DNA of 64,000 bases from a virus, in the IMG/VR virus record IMGVR_UViG_3300014911_000001, positions 111,797 to 175,796 of that record. The stretch is one strand, 5' to 3'. Positions 48,767 to 59,473 of the stretch are shown piece after piece; position 1 is the stretch's first letter, and every line of letters begins with the position of its first letter. Position numbers and translations under genes: made by a program. The notes beneath the pieces were generated by a model that saw only the letters and a list, made by a program, of their open reading frames with translations, had not been told where the DNA came from and ran no database searches.

Positions 48767-49488
48767 AGGTTTACAGAAAAATAGATGCGTTTCCCATAGG
48801 TGATGTCCTAACAGAGCTTTCTTCGATGATGTACGATGTAGACCAGACTGTTGGCCGTTTATCTCATGTTGTAGACCGCATTGATGGTATTTCTGATTTA
48901 TTTGATGAATATATAAAATTATTGCAGACAGTAGCAATTTATACAGAGGATCTTATAGGATTTGGGACATTTGAGAATATTCCCTTGGATGCTGTTGAAA
49001 CGAATGGTACTGTGATAAATGGCAAACTCTATCCCTATGTTCCTATTGACAGTAAATGGATTGTTAAGACGACTGTTGAAGGTCATTTATATATGGATGG
49101 TAGTGAAGTACCAATACCAAGTGAGTGTGTTGCTGAAGGGCACATAGTATTTTATGAAGGTGGTACTACAGAAGTACTAAATCCGACAAATGTTGGGATG
49201 CTGTTTGATCGTGATATAAGCAAAGCATATCATTTGGAGGTTGCTGTTCCGGTAAATTATGAAGGAAGGATGGCACGTATTGCTGATGCATTATTTAAGA
49301 TTAATCTGCAGCCAAGGGATGGCATGGTTTTTGTTGGTGAGCTGAGAATCTATGTTAAAAGTGGTAAGATCAAAGATATTTTAGTTAATGGAGTATCAAG
49401 AATAGTTGATTTAAAGTTTAAGGAACCATATATGGTATTAGAGGTTTTTGATGAGGTGGGAGACATATGGGTGCACCTAGTTACATAA
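48763..49488 (+). CDS. Hypothetical structural protein with N-terminal coiled coil
   Basis: ATGA coupling; heptad-like N-terminus followed by a beta region. Confidence 0.5.
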   Translation: MKVYRKIDAFPIGDVLTELSSMMYDVDQTVGRLSHVVDRIDGISDLFDEYIKLLQTVAIYTEDLIGFGTFENIPLDAVETNGTVINGKLYPYVPIDSKWIVKTTVEGHLYMDGSEVPIPSECVAEGHIVFYEGGTTEVLNPTNVGMLFDRDISKAYHLEVAVPVNYEGRMARIADALFKINLQPRDGMVFVGELRIYVKSGKIKDILVNGVSRIVDLKFKEPYMVLEVFDEVGDIWVHLVT

Positions 49489-51578
49489 GACGCATGCTGG
49501 CGCCGGCTCCGTATGCTCCTGTTCCATTAGTTAAGCTTGATAGATCTATACAGGATAAGTTATGGAGTAATTTTTTTAATGATTATATAACAAAGGGGCA
49601 TGATGATTGGCGTTTAGCATTTTGCATATGTGAGGTAGTAGAAGGGCGGATTTATGGATTCCAATATTATGATTTTGGTGATGAAGGAGATTGGTGGGGG
49701 CCTCATAAAATATTGCAGGATTATAGCGATGATATCTATGCAAGCATATGGAAATATCTTGAAAAAAGCATTAGATTAGTGTATGTCTTGTTTGATCTAA
49801 TACCTCATAACGATGCTCGGTATGTTGGCAATTTTCAAGGCTCGGGAAGATTGGGTGGTATTCCAAGATTTTTTTATCTAGATGAAGATTCAACTTTTTT
49901 CCCATCTTCATTTAAGTTATTTTCTCCTACTAGATTTGCCGTAAGAGGTGGACGGTTTGGTTATGAGTCTCTATCGGATCCTTATTGGGTGTACTCTACT
50001 GATACATTGTATGTGCATGGGGATGTCGTCTATAATCTCGATATACCTATTGGTAGTACACTGCAATATTTCTTACCATTTGTGCCATTATTGGGGAAAA
50101 TTACAGGGGGAAAGTTGTGTGATGTTGATAACCAGAAGCTAATATGTCTTGATGACCAAAGGGGCGGGTTAAATCGTGGTGTTGGATGTATAAGGTCCGG
50201 TGTTGAGGACATAAGTGATAAAAGGGAGCCACTGAAGTTGTATGCATTCGATCTTATGAATGATATATCATGGGAGGATTTGTTATTTGAGGGAGGTTTG
50301 CCTTGTGTGGTACCAAGTAAGGTAAGAGTTGAATTTGTAAATGAGCCCCGGCCTATCAGTTGGGGTGAATTAGAGGGTACCACATGGTGGTATACGACAG
50401 CTCATCATATTCCTTATGCTGATGCTAAAAGCATTTGGATGTTATTATATAATATAGCTGGCAAGCATATTTATTGGAATATTGTATCATCATTTCCATA
50501 TTATCATGTTGAGACAGTAGAGTCGATAGAAACACATGAGGTTCTCACTACAGATGAAGAGATCCAACCTATATGGGTAGATTCTAAAGTACTCGAGTAT
50601 GATTTTTCCAGTCTTTTTAATTATACGGGAATCTATAAAGTTAGTGGTACATTTATGCTTAAAAATACGGGGCCTATAAATGTTGTGGGTTGGTCATGCC
50701 CATTTACAATTGGGGTTCTTCATATAGGTGATGTTGATATTAGTATCAGTAAAAAAACGTATGTTAATACAGGCACCACAATTGTTACATATACTATTGA
50801 CCGTGGATTCATTGATTTAGATAACTTGAAGTATGAAATAATATGGTTGGATGGTGGAGTTGAAAAGAACTTTGAATTGAGATACCCTGTGGGGCAACTT
50901 TCTGCATCGAGGACATCAACAGATTTTAAACTATGCATTTATTACAATGATGAATTGGTTAAAACGATTGATATAACAGATATTAATGAGGTAACAATCG
51001 GTGATGTACCCCTGCCAATTGCCTATTACATATCCAGTGAAAATCGAGTGCATGTTGAATGGGATAATGAGACATATGAATGTTATGAAAGACTCGTTAA
51101 TATAACGGGTACTACATCATGGGTTGCCTTATCATCATCTCCTTATGATTGGTATCCTGCCGTTGGTGTTAACCTTGCTGCTATTTATAAACTTAAGCAT
51201 AGGACACTGGGGATAGAGGGACCGAGTATTACAGTAGAAATTAATAATGAGTTAGTGCGTACTGAGATTGTTAATGTCAATCGCGAATACATAGAAGTTG
51301 GCGAGGTTGAGATTGACGCTTATGCGCGCAGGCCTCAGCTTTATTTTGTCTATGATACAGTTATCCCCAATGGGGCGGCGGGCTTCAACTTCTTAGTATA
51401 TGGTGACTTTGACGAAACTAATTTATCTTACAGTTTTGATGGGGTACACTTCCAGCCATTTACCATGGGTGATATTATCTATTTCCCTGAGGTACCCAAT
51501 TTAGATCATCTATGGGTACGGTTTGAATCAAGTAATGTTAGATACGTGCAAAGTGCATATATTAAGTTTATCTTTTAA
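49467..51578 (+). CDS. Hypothetical virion structural protein
   Basis: 703 aa, beta-rich; C-terminal LSYSFDGVHFQP...LWVRFES resembles baseplate/fibre beta domains. Confidence 0.5.
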   Translation: MGAPSYIRRMLAPAPYAPVPLVKLDRSIQDKLWSNFFNDYITKGHDDWRLAFCICEVVEGRIYGFQYYDFGDEGDWWGPHKILQDYSDDIYASIWKYLEKSIRLVYVLFDLIPHNDARYVGNFQGSGRLGGIPRFFYLDEDSTFFPSSFKLFSPTRFAVRGGRFGYESLSDPYWVYSTDTLYVHGDVVYNLDIPIGSTLQYFLPFVPLLGKITGGKLCDVDNQKLICLDDQRGGLNRGVGCIRSGVEDISDKREPLKLYAFDLMNDISWEDLLFEGGLPCVVPSKVRVEFVNEPRPISWGELEGTTWWYTTAHHIPYADAKSIWMLLYNIAGKHIYWNIVSSFPYYHVETVESIETHEVLTTDEEIQPIWVDSKVLEYDFSSLFNYTGIYKVSGTFMLKNTGPINVVGWSCPFTIGVLHIGDVDISISKKTYVNTGTTIVTYTIDRGFIDLDNLKYEIIWLDGGVEKNFELRYPVGQLSASRTSTDFKLCIYYNDELVKTIDITDINEVTIGDVPLPIAYYISSENRVHVEWDNETYECYERLVNITGTTSWVALSSSPYDWYPAVGVNLAAIYKLKHRTLGIEGPSITVEINNELVRTEIVNVNREYIEVGEVEIDAYARRPQLYFVYDTVIPNGAAGFNFLVYGDFDETNLSYSFDGVHFQPFTMGDIIYFPEVPNLDHLWVRFESSNVRYVQSAYIKFIF

Positions 51579-51589
51579 GGGATAGAGAT

Positions 51590-53011
51590 ATGACGGAAGA
51601 TAGGTTACTACAACTAATACATAATGGGGAGTTTGATGATTATATTGAAACGCTGGATCTCAGAATCAAGAAGTTGCGCAATATAGCTGATGATTATGCA
51701 AGATTAATGGATGCGATAGAAACAAGTTTTATGTATGACTTAGATATTATCCAAAAGTGGAGCATACATGTCCTACGTGACTATCTGAGGAAGAGATTTG
51801 ATGTTGTATGGGAGTGGAAGATCTCTGATTGGGATTTGGCTAATATAAAGGCGCAGTTAGCTCACAGTATTGTTGTTGATGGTGTGATGGTTAAGGATCT
51901 TTATATTTTAAATGGCAGAAGGGTTACATTTGAAGGTACATATCATAATTTAACGGATGTTAATGAAGATACATATTTTCGTATTCACGGTTACCGTCAG
52001 GCAGCTGTAGCTTTTCAGATACAAATTAGTAAAGGGGTAAAATATTTAGCAATAAACATGTTCCCCCGTTGGCATCAGTATGTATATTTAATGTCGACTG
52101 ATGGACGAAGGTTATCTAATACAGTTCTCAATGCCGGAATTGTTCTTATACCAGTAAAGGAGCCCGGCGATTATTTCCTTGTTGTTGGTGAGTTATTTGA
52201 TAGAGAAAGCATCATAATGATATCAGATATTATTGCATTAGGGGAATATCAGGATGTACCAGAGGTTACGTTATCATGGAAGCCGGCGGGCTTCTACAAT
52301 TACTTCTTTGTTTATCCATTACTTGCCGGAAAAACGGCTTTGAAGGTAACCGATGGTACTAATAGTGTGGATATTTCATATGGTATTAACTTTATACAAA
52401 AGTGGATGGTTGAGGAGTCTGAAGCCCGCGCTTCGACCAGCATTGATTACTTAGGGACCCATTATAATAAGGCTTATTTAGTGGATTCAATATCACCTAT
52501 TGTTGCCAAGAAGACGGAGGGGGAGCGGCTTATTTATTATTTCCCCAAGTTAACTACTGTTAAAGGAAGCGGGCGGCTTCTACAGCTCGACAGAACATGG
52601 AGGTTCACGCGTCCTATTGACATTGATGGTGAAAAATCATTGATCGGAGTTTTCAAATCCGATGGTAGTGATTTTGAGATTGATGGTATTTATCTGGCAT
52701 TCAGCAAGCCTTTATACTTTATTGATAAGGACTATTTTTATGTAAAGGATAGCAGAGGACATATATATCTTGTATTTAGGCGTAATCCAAGCGAACTAGA
52801 AGCTGGTGATGCGATATACTGGTATAATCTAAAGGATATGAGCATTAAAGTTAAAGCAACACATGGTGGTGTGTTGTTCATGGGTTCGGATAACACATTG
52901 TTACCATTGGCACCTAAGCGTCCAATCAATTTTGAGTTAGGTGGTTATGGTGAAGGTCCATTATCAGCTCCTGGTGGAACTCCTATGGAGGAAGAAGAGG
53001 AAATATCATGA
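51590..53011 (+). CDS. Hypothetical structural protein with N-terminal coiled coil
   Basis: 473-aa co-oriented ORF. Confidence 0.5.
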   Translation: MTEDRLLQLIHNGEFDDYIETLDLRIKKLRNIADDYARLMDAIETSFMYDLDIIQKWSIHVLRDYLRKRFDVVWEWKISDWDLANIKAQLAHSIVVDGVMVKDLYILNGRRVTFEGTYHNLTDVNEDTYFRIHGYRQAAVAFQIQISKGVKYLAINMFPRWHQYVYLMSTDGRRLSNTVLNAGIVLIPVKEPGDYFLVVGELFDRESIIMISDIIALGEYQDVPEVTLSWKPAGFYNYFFVYPLLAGKTALKVTDGTNSVDISYGINFIQKWMVEESEARASTSIDYLGTHYNKAYLVDSISPIVAKKTEGERLIYYFPKLTTVKGSGRLLQLDRTWRFTRPIDIDGEKSLIGVFKSDGSDFEIDGIYLAFSKPLYFIDKDYFYVKDSRGHIYLVFRRNPSELEAGDAIYWYNLKDMSIKVKATHGGVLFMGSDNTLLPLAPKRPINFELGGYGEGPLSAPGGTPMEEEEEIS

Positions 53012-54024
53012 AGATTGATGCACAATATTTTGAAAATTATTTCAAGCAATATGCTGCACTTGCGCATGATATCTCCAATCTTGTTGCTTATTACCAAAAT
53101 ATAACAAACATATATGATGCATTTGGAAGTGCTTTATCTGTGTTCTTCCCTGTTGAAAAGGATGAGTATTTTGTAGCTAACAAAACATTAAGGACCGTTG
53201 GATCAATTTTATCTCTCACACACCATGTGGAAACCGAGCTATCTTTTATCCGCCTAAGTACCAGTACTAACTTGAGAGTCATTCCAGCAGTTGAAAGAAC
53301 TATTGGTATTAGTAGTGTCAGAGAAGCACATGGTGTTACAACATCTATAACATATGGCGCAATGAGCCGTGAGCCATTATCGCTGATAAACAGAATCTTT
53401 GTAGACGAATCACTTTATTGTGAATTATTGTCACCATATACGGACCAATGGATTCTTGATGTAGGGTTTACACTTATGGAGACGACTCATTGGAATACAC
53501 TAAAAGTTTTGCAGGTCCCACCGATTGTTGTTAATATAGACAGCATTGAAGTTGGTGGTATTAGTTATGAGCCTTATAATAAGCAGTATCCGCATCTATT
53601 CCAGCTTCCTGATACAGCAATTAATGCATTTAAAATTATAGGTTCATCTGCTGAAGTGACTGCGGGCGGGGCTTCAGCTTCAATCATCGGATTCACACAT
53701 ATAGGGGTTTATTATAGGCGTTATCATACATATGGTGTATTTAATGCTTATTTCCATAATGATACAGATAGAGAGGTATCTGTAAGTCCTGTGTATTATA
53801 TACCACCTCAGCTGTATGAGGATTATGATACTGATAGTGATATTATCATTGTAAAGTTATATAAAACAAGTACCTCACCATCGGGATTTGAACTGATTTG
53901 GACATCTCTATCACCGACATCGATTATCCTTGATGCTGATAGTGATATATATGTTGAGGTTGAGTTAAGAGGGAATGAAAAATATACGCCTTTATTTTAT
54001 GGCATCAAACTTATAGAGGTCTAA
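53008..54024 (+). CDS. Hypothetical structural protein
   Basis: ATGA coupling; ends YVEVELRGNEKYTPLFYGIKLIEV, resembling the L...TP-x-L end of phage beta-sandwich modules. Confidence 0.5.
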   Translation: MKIDAQYFENYFKQYAALAHDISNLVAYYQNITNIYDAFGSALSVFFPVEKDEYFVANKTLRTVGSILSLTHHVETELSFIRLSTSTNLRVIPAVERTIGISSVREAHGVTTSITYGAMSREPLSLINRIFVDESLYCELLSPYTDQWILDVGFTLMETTHWNTLKVLQVPPIVVNIDSIEVGGISYEPYNKQYPHLFQLPDTAINAFKIIGSSAEVTAGGASASIIGFTHIGVYYRRYHTYGVFNAYFHNDTDREVSVSPVYYIPPQLYEDYDTDSDIIIVKLYKTSTSPSGFELIWTSLSPTSIILDADSDIYVEVELRGNEKYTPLFYGIKLIEV

Positions 54025-54025
54025 C

Positions 54026-54328
54026 ATGACGGATAGTGATTTCACAGCTTTGCAGCAGCGTGTTGCTCAATTGGAAGAAACCGTTTTGGAGTGCATAACA
54101 ATCGTGCGTTCATTGAGTGGAGTAATAGAATTATTACAGCAACGTATTGCTGATTTGGAAGATAAATCATCATTACTAGAGAAGGAGGGGGTTTTACTGA
54201 GTAATGATGATTATCAGCGTTATAAGGATATGTGGAATCGTTTGCTTATATTAGAGCAAAAGTATCGTGAATACTTAGCAAAATTACTGCGCAGTTTGAG
54301 AGAAAAGCATGTGGATCCTCTCGAATAG
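54026..54328 (+). CDS. Coiled-coil hypothetical protein
   Basis: Heptads LQQRVAQLEE and LQQRIADLED. Confidence 0.55.
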   Translation: MTDSDFTALQQRVAQLEETVLECITIVRSLSGVIELLQQRIADLEDKSSLLEKEGVLLSNDDYQRYKDMWNRLLILEQKYREYLAKLLRSLREKHVDPLE

Positions 54329-55583
54329 TTATATTGAGAGTGATAAGGCAACTGTTTTCTATGCGGCTTCGGATGATGAGTTACCAGCAATTTTATTCAA
54401 GGTTAATGATCATTATGAATGTGTGTATGTGCATGGGAGAGGCCGGCCGGCTTCACTAACATCTGGTTATGTAAGACTCCCCCATGCTAGTACTCGTTAT
54501 TATCACATAAGAGCGAAATCTATTGACAGAAATATTTACGAAGTTGTCCTACCACGTCCACGGACCGGGGTTGTTGCATTATATGATTTGCAATCAGATA
54601 CATTTGTGCATGAGCTGCATTTATCAGAGCCAACAACTGATTTTGAGCATATTGTTGTTGATATTGTTGATAATATATTACGCATCCACATTCCCGATAA
54701 GGTATATGGTGATTGTTATGTTACATATCATAGCACATCTACACCACCCTCGAAGCCTACTATTGTAACATCGTTTCCTATTGTGAAAAGTGGGACTTAC
54801 AATGTTGAGATAACGGAGCCGGGCCTCTACAACATTTATGTTAGGGATAAATCAGGCAATCTGTTAGGGCCTCATGCTGCTTATTATGATCCAACATTTG
54901 ATAAAAAGATTGTTCTATCATCCTTAAGGCAGGTAAGTGGGGTTGTTGTGGGCACTGTTAAAAGCAATTATTATCCTGTCGTTGTTTTTAGGTGGATGGG
55001 TGAATTAGATCGGTATGTATATTTAACGACATTATTCGAGGGGCAGGATTATTTTGTAGATGAGGATCCATTCTTTGGGCAGAACATTTATGCATGTGGT
55101 TACACGAAGGAGGGTGAGGCATTTCTTGTATCTTCAGCTAGTTTGGTATTTTATCCTTGTGAGTATCTTACTGCTCCATTTCTATCCGTTGCTAGATTAA
55201 GTGAGGAGGATTTATACATGGAAGTAACAAGGATTATTGAGCATGTTATTGTCAGAGATGGGCTACGCACGGCACGCGTTACTGTTTATCCCAATCCCGA
55301 TGCAAGTGGTTCGTACACAGTTCTTGATGATAGTACTGATTATCCACTCTCTCACTATGGTGATGTATTAGTCGACAGGAAATATGTTTTTGTTATTAAT
55401 AGATCTGGCACATCTATTTATGTCGCCCCCAATACAGTATCAGGAGACGATATCATTTCAACAGGCATAGAGATTCCTAATAATACTTATAAGATATTGG
55501 AGATAGAGACACTTCCGATGCTTTTCAGACTTTCTAGTAGCCCATCGGCAGGTGGTAAGGTAATTATATGGGAGGTTGGCTAA
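54309..55583 (+). CDS. Hypothetical protein with Ig/FN3-like beta domains
   Basis: ITEPGLYNIYVRDKSGN and YFVDEDP...IYAC patterns. Confidence 0.5.
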   Translation: MWILSNSYIESDKATVFYAASDDELPAILFKVNDHYECVYVHGRGRPASLTSGYVRLPHASTRYYHIRAKSIDRNIYEVVLPRPRTGVVALYDLQSDTFVHELHLSEPTTDFEHIVVDIVDNILRIHIPDKVYGDCYVTYHSTSTPPSKPTIVTSFPIVKSGTYNVEITEPGLYNIYVRDKSGNLLGPHAAYYDPTFDKKIVLSSLRQVSGVVVGTVKSNYYPVVVFRWMGELDRYVYLTTLFEGQDYFVDEDPFFGQNIYACGYTKEGEAFLVSSASLVFYPCEYLTAPFLSVARLSEEDLYMEVTRIIEHVIVRDGLRTARVTVYPNPDASGSYTVLDDSTDYPLSHYGDVLVDRKYVFVINRSGTSIYVAPNTVSGDDIISTGIEIPNNTYKILEIETLPMLFRLSSSPSAGGKVIIWEVG

Positions 55584-55813
55584 TGATTGGATTTGCGCGG
55601 GTTAATGAGTTTTTTGATGTTACAGAAAAGAATGGTATAGCTAATAAACTATCCGATGCAGTAATAAGGCAAATAGCGATGGAGAAGCCGGCTTCATATA
55701 GATTAGATGGGCATGAGCTTAAGGTTGAATATATCGTTGATGATGGCTACGGATTACTTATCCTATTCCGTCCCAATATGCAACAGTTAGTGTATATTAG
55801 AGATGGGAGATAA
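55583..55813 (+). CDS. Small hypothetical protein
   Basis: ORF track 55568..55813; likely start ATG 55583 (TAATG, RBS GGAGG). Confidence 0.45.
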   Translation: MIGFARVNEFFDVTEKNGIANKLSDAVIRQIAMEKPASYRLDGHELKVEYIVDDGYGLLILFRPNMQQLVYIRDGR

Positions 55814-56141
55814 GGATAACATCAGGTTATTATTAGAGGAGATGTTAAGTCGTCTTGGTGATAAGCATATTAGTAATGGTGATGCTGAGATTATAGCTAG
55901 GGCTATTACGTCCCGTCTGAAACCGTTTTTTGATAATGTAATACTACGCACAGTACAGAAGGTATCAGGCAGTGGCGATGTTTCCAAAGAGATCCAGGAA
56001 TTACATGATTTGATCAATGACAAGTTTGCCGAGTTACAGGTTGAGGTTGTGAAGAAGAAGGATACGATTTATTTATTAGCTAATTTAATTGCGCTTCTTG
56101 CCAATGTTATCTTGTTGGTTTTTAATTTGATGCCGAAGTAA
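55803..56141 (+). CDS. Coiled-coil protein with a single C-terminal transmembrane helix (holin-like candidate)
   Basis: C-terminal IYLLANLIALLANVILLVFNLM after a helical region. Confidence 0.45.
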   Translation: MGDKDNIRLLLEEMLSRLGDKHISNGDAEIIARAITSRLKPFFDNVILRTVQKVSGSGDVSKEIQELHDLINDKFAELQVEVVKKKDTIYLLANLIALLANVILLVFNLMPK

Positions 56142-56171
56142 AGGAGCCCTCTATGAGGGTATAAAAATGCG

Positions 56172-58550
56172 ATGCTTTTATTATGGACAAATATCCCGGA
56201 AGCACGGGGATATATTGTTTATAAAGCCCCGCACTTTGTCTATCCGACAGGAAAGTTGTCAGAACCAAAGTGTGTCTGTAAAGGGGATAGTGATACATCG
56301 GACCCGGGCTTCAGCGTACCCTCCTATGTTGACGATGGATTAAAGGGGTTTTTAAGCCCGCCAGAAGGTTATAATTTTTATGCCTATACCGAAAGCAATC
56401 ATTTGGAGGTTGATACAGGTGTTTATGTAGTTGTTGCGATTAATGGTATTTGTGCATCAAGTTATTCAAATCCTGTTAGCATTGTTTCTGAGTTGGAGGA
56501 AAAAACCATATCAGTAGCTATAAGGGAGGTGCCTGTTGATGATACTGTTGTAGCCAAGCGTTTCTGTCGGTGGGGTGTATTTTTAACAAAAGTGCATTGG
56601 AATTTTAATATTGATAGCATTATAAGTACTGACTATAATGTTGACATTGAATTCAGCACTCTAACCAGCGGTTCCTTTGTACTTACTGGTGTACCTCCTA
56701 CTGGTAGTGAGGATGTATCAGGTAGGTCATTTTATAAGTATGCTTTCGAGCCATTGGTCATAAAGGTCAGTACTGATGGCTGTTCTATCAGTCAAGTAAA
56801 TATTGCTATTGATGTTGTTTTGATTGAATACCCGCTAGATGTTATAAGGGCTGCCTTGGAGAAAACAACGGTTATAGATCGTTTTGATAAACCTGAGCCA
56901 TCCTTAGATTATGTCACAACGGGTTATCTTAGGAAGCCGTTGATATTAGATTGGATTTATGTCGACACATCTGGTTCTTTAGATGCATATTTATTATTGC
57001 ATAAGCGCGGGCTTTATCATCATTATGATTTGTCATTGGATAATAAGTTTAAGCCGCCGCTTGTTTTAAGTGATATGGATGATCTAGCACTATATACTAA
57101 AGGTGACACAGGTTCTGTAGTTATGGTAAGTGAAGGCCCGCTTCAGGTAAAGCAAGATAAATTACCTGACATGAAGGATGTTTATTTTGAGGGCGGCTTC
57201 CTCTTAGGGCATGATAGAGAGATAAGGCGTATATATCTGTTCAAGGGGGCAATCAAACATATTGATGTCCAATTTTACAAGCAGCATGATGATGCCGAAC
57301 TGACGGTTTATACACCACAGGCGGGGCTTCAAACATTTTTCATCCCTAAGGATATTTTATCTGCACAGTTCGTTACTGACATTCCATTTGATGCTGGTTC
57401 ATATATAGTAATAAGTTCAACAGAAGAGCATCCTATTACTGTGGATTGTGATGTGCGCATTGAGATATGGAGAGAGTATCCACCTTGCATATGTGAAGTT
57501 GCTGTTGAGGAAGAGGAAGAGGAGGGCGCGCGGCCTCTAATTTACGACGGCACCTATTTTGAAGGCGGGGCTAATGGCTGGCGCTACAAGACATATCCTT
57601 TCCAAGCACATCTATCCAAAGTAATGTTCCTTGGACACGATTTATTTGATGTACCCGTGCGATACAACTTCTATGTTAATGGGGACCTAGTAAAGACGTA
57701 TGATCTTAATTTCTCAACTAGCCGGCTTCTACAATTTGATTTAGATATAACAGTCCCGTCTAATGGTGTCCTTGTTATTGAGCAGATTATTATGGATCGT
57801 ACAATGTATGAGGTTACAAGGGATGTTGATGTCATATGGTCGCTTACCTTCGAGGGTGAAGGAGCATATGTAGCAACATACACGGCGGCTGATTCTGTAC
57901 TCCTGAATTCACCATCATCTAATAGTACAACAGAATTCCAGCTTATTGATGCTATTACATTTCCACATGCTGTTCATTTGACGGGCATGAGTGCTTCGGC
58001 GGCTTCTGGTAGCGATAATGCTATATACAAGGTTGAAATACCGGATTTAGATGTTAGCTATGAATTTACAAGTACATATCTATGTGATCCTGTTGTAGAG
58101 GTGCCGCCTTACACTGCTATAAGGGCTTATTATAAGGTCAATGATCCTGAAGGGGATGAGGTTGCATACCCACAAGTCCTTTTGCATATAGGCTTTTTGG
58201 CTGAACGTGAGGAGTTTGTTGATCTTGATAATGTGGGTATATTTTGGTTGAGGGAGCATAGCGGGAGTCTGTATGACACTATTACTCATCAGCTTGCTCT
58301 GCCAAGTGGTACCTATAGGTGCATCTTCTTGCAGGCATCTGTTTACCAAACGCCGTTGGATGAAGCAGATATTATTATTGATATAGGAGGAAGCGGAGAT
58401 ACTCTTAATGTGAAGCCGGGGCTTCATAACATTTACAAAACAACGGATTTCACCTTTGGTAATATGGATACAGTTACAGTAAGTTCAAGTGACCCGCGGC
58501 TTATGCACGGTATTGTTATCATGGCTATCTATCAGAAGGTTGAGACATGA
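56172..58550 (+). CDS. Multi-domain beta-sandwich protein with an N-terminal FN3-like domain
   Basis: LLWTNIPEARGYIVYK...VYVVVAING...SSYSNPVSI FN3 pattern, followed by several modules of about 100 aa. Confidence 0.55.
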   Translation: MLLLWTNIPEARGYIVYKAPHFVYPTGKLSEPKCVCKGDSDTSDPGFSVPSYVDDGLKGFLSPPEGYNFYAYTESNHLEVDTGVYVVVAINGICASSYSNPVSIVSELEEKTISVAIREVPVDDTVVAKRFCRWGVFLTKVHWNFNIDSIISTDYNVDIEFSTLTSGSFVLTGVPPTGSEDVSGRSFYKYAFEPLVIKVSTDGCSISQVNIAIDVVLIEYPLDVIRAALEKTTVIDRFDKPEPSLDYVTTGYLRKPLILDWIYVDTSGSLDAYLLLHKRGLYHHYDLSLDNKFKPPLVLSDMDDLALYTKGDTGSVVMVSEGPLQVKQDKLPDMKDVYFEGGFLLGHDREIRRIYLFKGAIKHIDVQFYKQHDDAELTVYTPQAGLQTFFIPKDILSAQFVTDIPFDAGSYIVISSTEEHPITVDCDVRIEIWREYPPCICEVAVEEEEEEGARPLIYDGTYFEGGANGWRYKTYPFQAHLSKVMFLGHDLFDVPVRYNFYVNGDLVKTYDLNFSTSRLLQFDLDITVPSNGVLVIEQIIMDRTMYEVTRDVDVIWSLTFEGEGAYVATYTAADSVLLNSPSSNSTTEFQLIDAITFPHAVHLTGMSASAASGSDNAIYKVEIPDLDVSYEFTSTYLCDPVVEVPPYTAIRAYYKVNDPEGDEVAYPQVLLHIGFLAEREEFVDLDNVGIFWLREHSGSLYDTITHQLALPSGTYRCIFLQASVYQTPLDEADIIIDIGGSGDTLNVKPGLHNIYKTTDFTFGNMDTVTVSSSDPRLMHGIVIMAIYQKVET

Positions 58551-59461
58551 AAAAGATAATTTTTATAATATTGATTATGGTGGTGGCTTCCATATCACAG
58601 ATTATCAGCGTTGGTGAGGATAGAGCGATTATCAACTTTGGTTCTTATGAAGGCGCAAAACTGTTGATCTATGATGATGTCCATGAGCTGTACTGGTATG
58701 ACGGTTCTTGGAGCAATGATCCTAATGAGCTGGAGGGTTATACATCAATACAGTACCCTATGGAAATAACAGGGTTGGTACCGGGCAGAAAATATTGTTT
58801 AAAGGTAGTTGGATTATCAGGTACTGCTTATAATGCACTTTCATCCACCTATTGTTTCAACACACTTGTTAAACCTATCAAAAGGTTTACAAGTTGGGAT
58901 AGCATTTATGTGGATGTAGGTGTTTTCGATACCATAAAAGGGAATTTTATGATGTTTTTCCCTTATAATATGGAGCCACCTCATATAAGCGGGCTTCTCT
59001 ATTTAAAGAGATCTGGTGATGTTGATACGCTTATGTATTGGAATGGGGTTCGTTGGGTTAAACTTGTGGAAGTAGGAAGTGCGGGGCTTCACACATTATA
59101 TGATGGTTCTGGCATCCGTGGTGGTGCTTATAATGGTACATCTGATGTGACATGGTATATTGAACCGAGTGCAACTATTGATACTCTTGGTGATAGTATT
59201 TTTGTTAAGGATAATTCCATAGATAGTATAAAAATAAAAGATAAGTCAATTGCGACATCTGATATTGCACCGACGGGTGAAAATGGGCAGGTATTAATGA
59301 TTGAAGATGGTAATGTTACATGGAGCAATGCTTCTGGTACAGCTCCAAGTGACCATAGCTTTGATGTGCTTATAACTAATGAATCATTAGAGAAAGAGTG
59401 GAGAACACAGCCGGGCTTAAAGAGAGCAATGACAACAAATTTTGTTATATATAGATATTAA
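58547..59461 (+). CDS. Signal-peptide protein with FN3-like and fibre-type repeats
   Basis: Signal peptide MKKIIFIILIMVVASISQ; FN3 motif ITGLVPGRKYCLKVVG; fibre repeat DNSIDSIKIKDKSIATSDI...GQVL...VTWS. Confidence 0.7.
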   Translation: MKKIIFIILIMVVASISQIISVGEDRAIINFGSYEGAKLLIYDDVHELYWYDGSWSNDPNELEGYTSIQYPMEITGLVPGRKYCLKVVGLSGTAYNALSSTYCFNTLVKPIKRFTSWDSIYVDVGVFDTIKGNFMMFFPYNMEPPHISGLLYLKRSGDVDTLMYWNGVRWVKLVEVGSAGLHTLYDGSGIRGGAYNGTSDVTWYIEPSATIDTLGDSIFVKDNSIDSIKIKDKSIATSDIAPTGENGQVLMIEDGNVTWSNASGTAPSDHSFDVLITNESLEKEWRTQPGLKRAMTTNFVIYRY

Positions 59462-59473
59462 TAGGAGGTAATA

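Noticed and set aside
56146-56165. Hairpin CCCTC-TAT-GAGGG as a terminator
   Set aside because: The stem is only 5-6 bp with a 3-nt loop and no U-tract; too weak to call.
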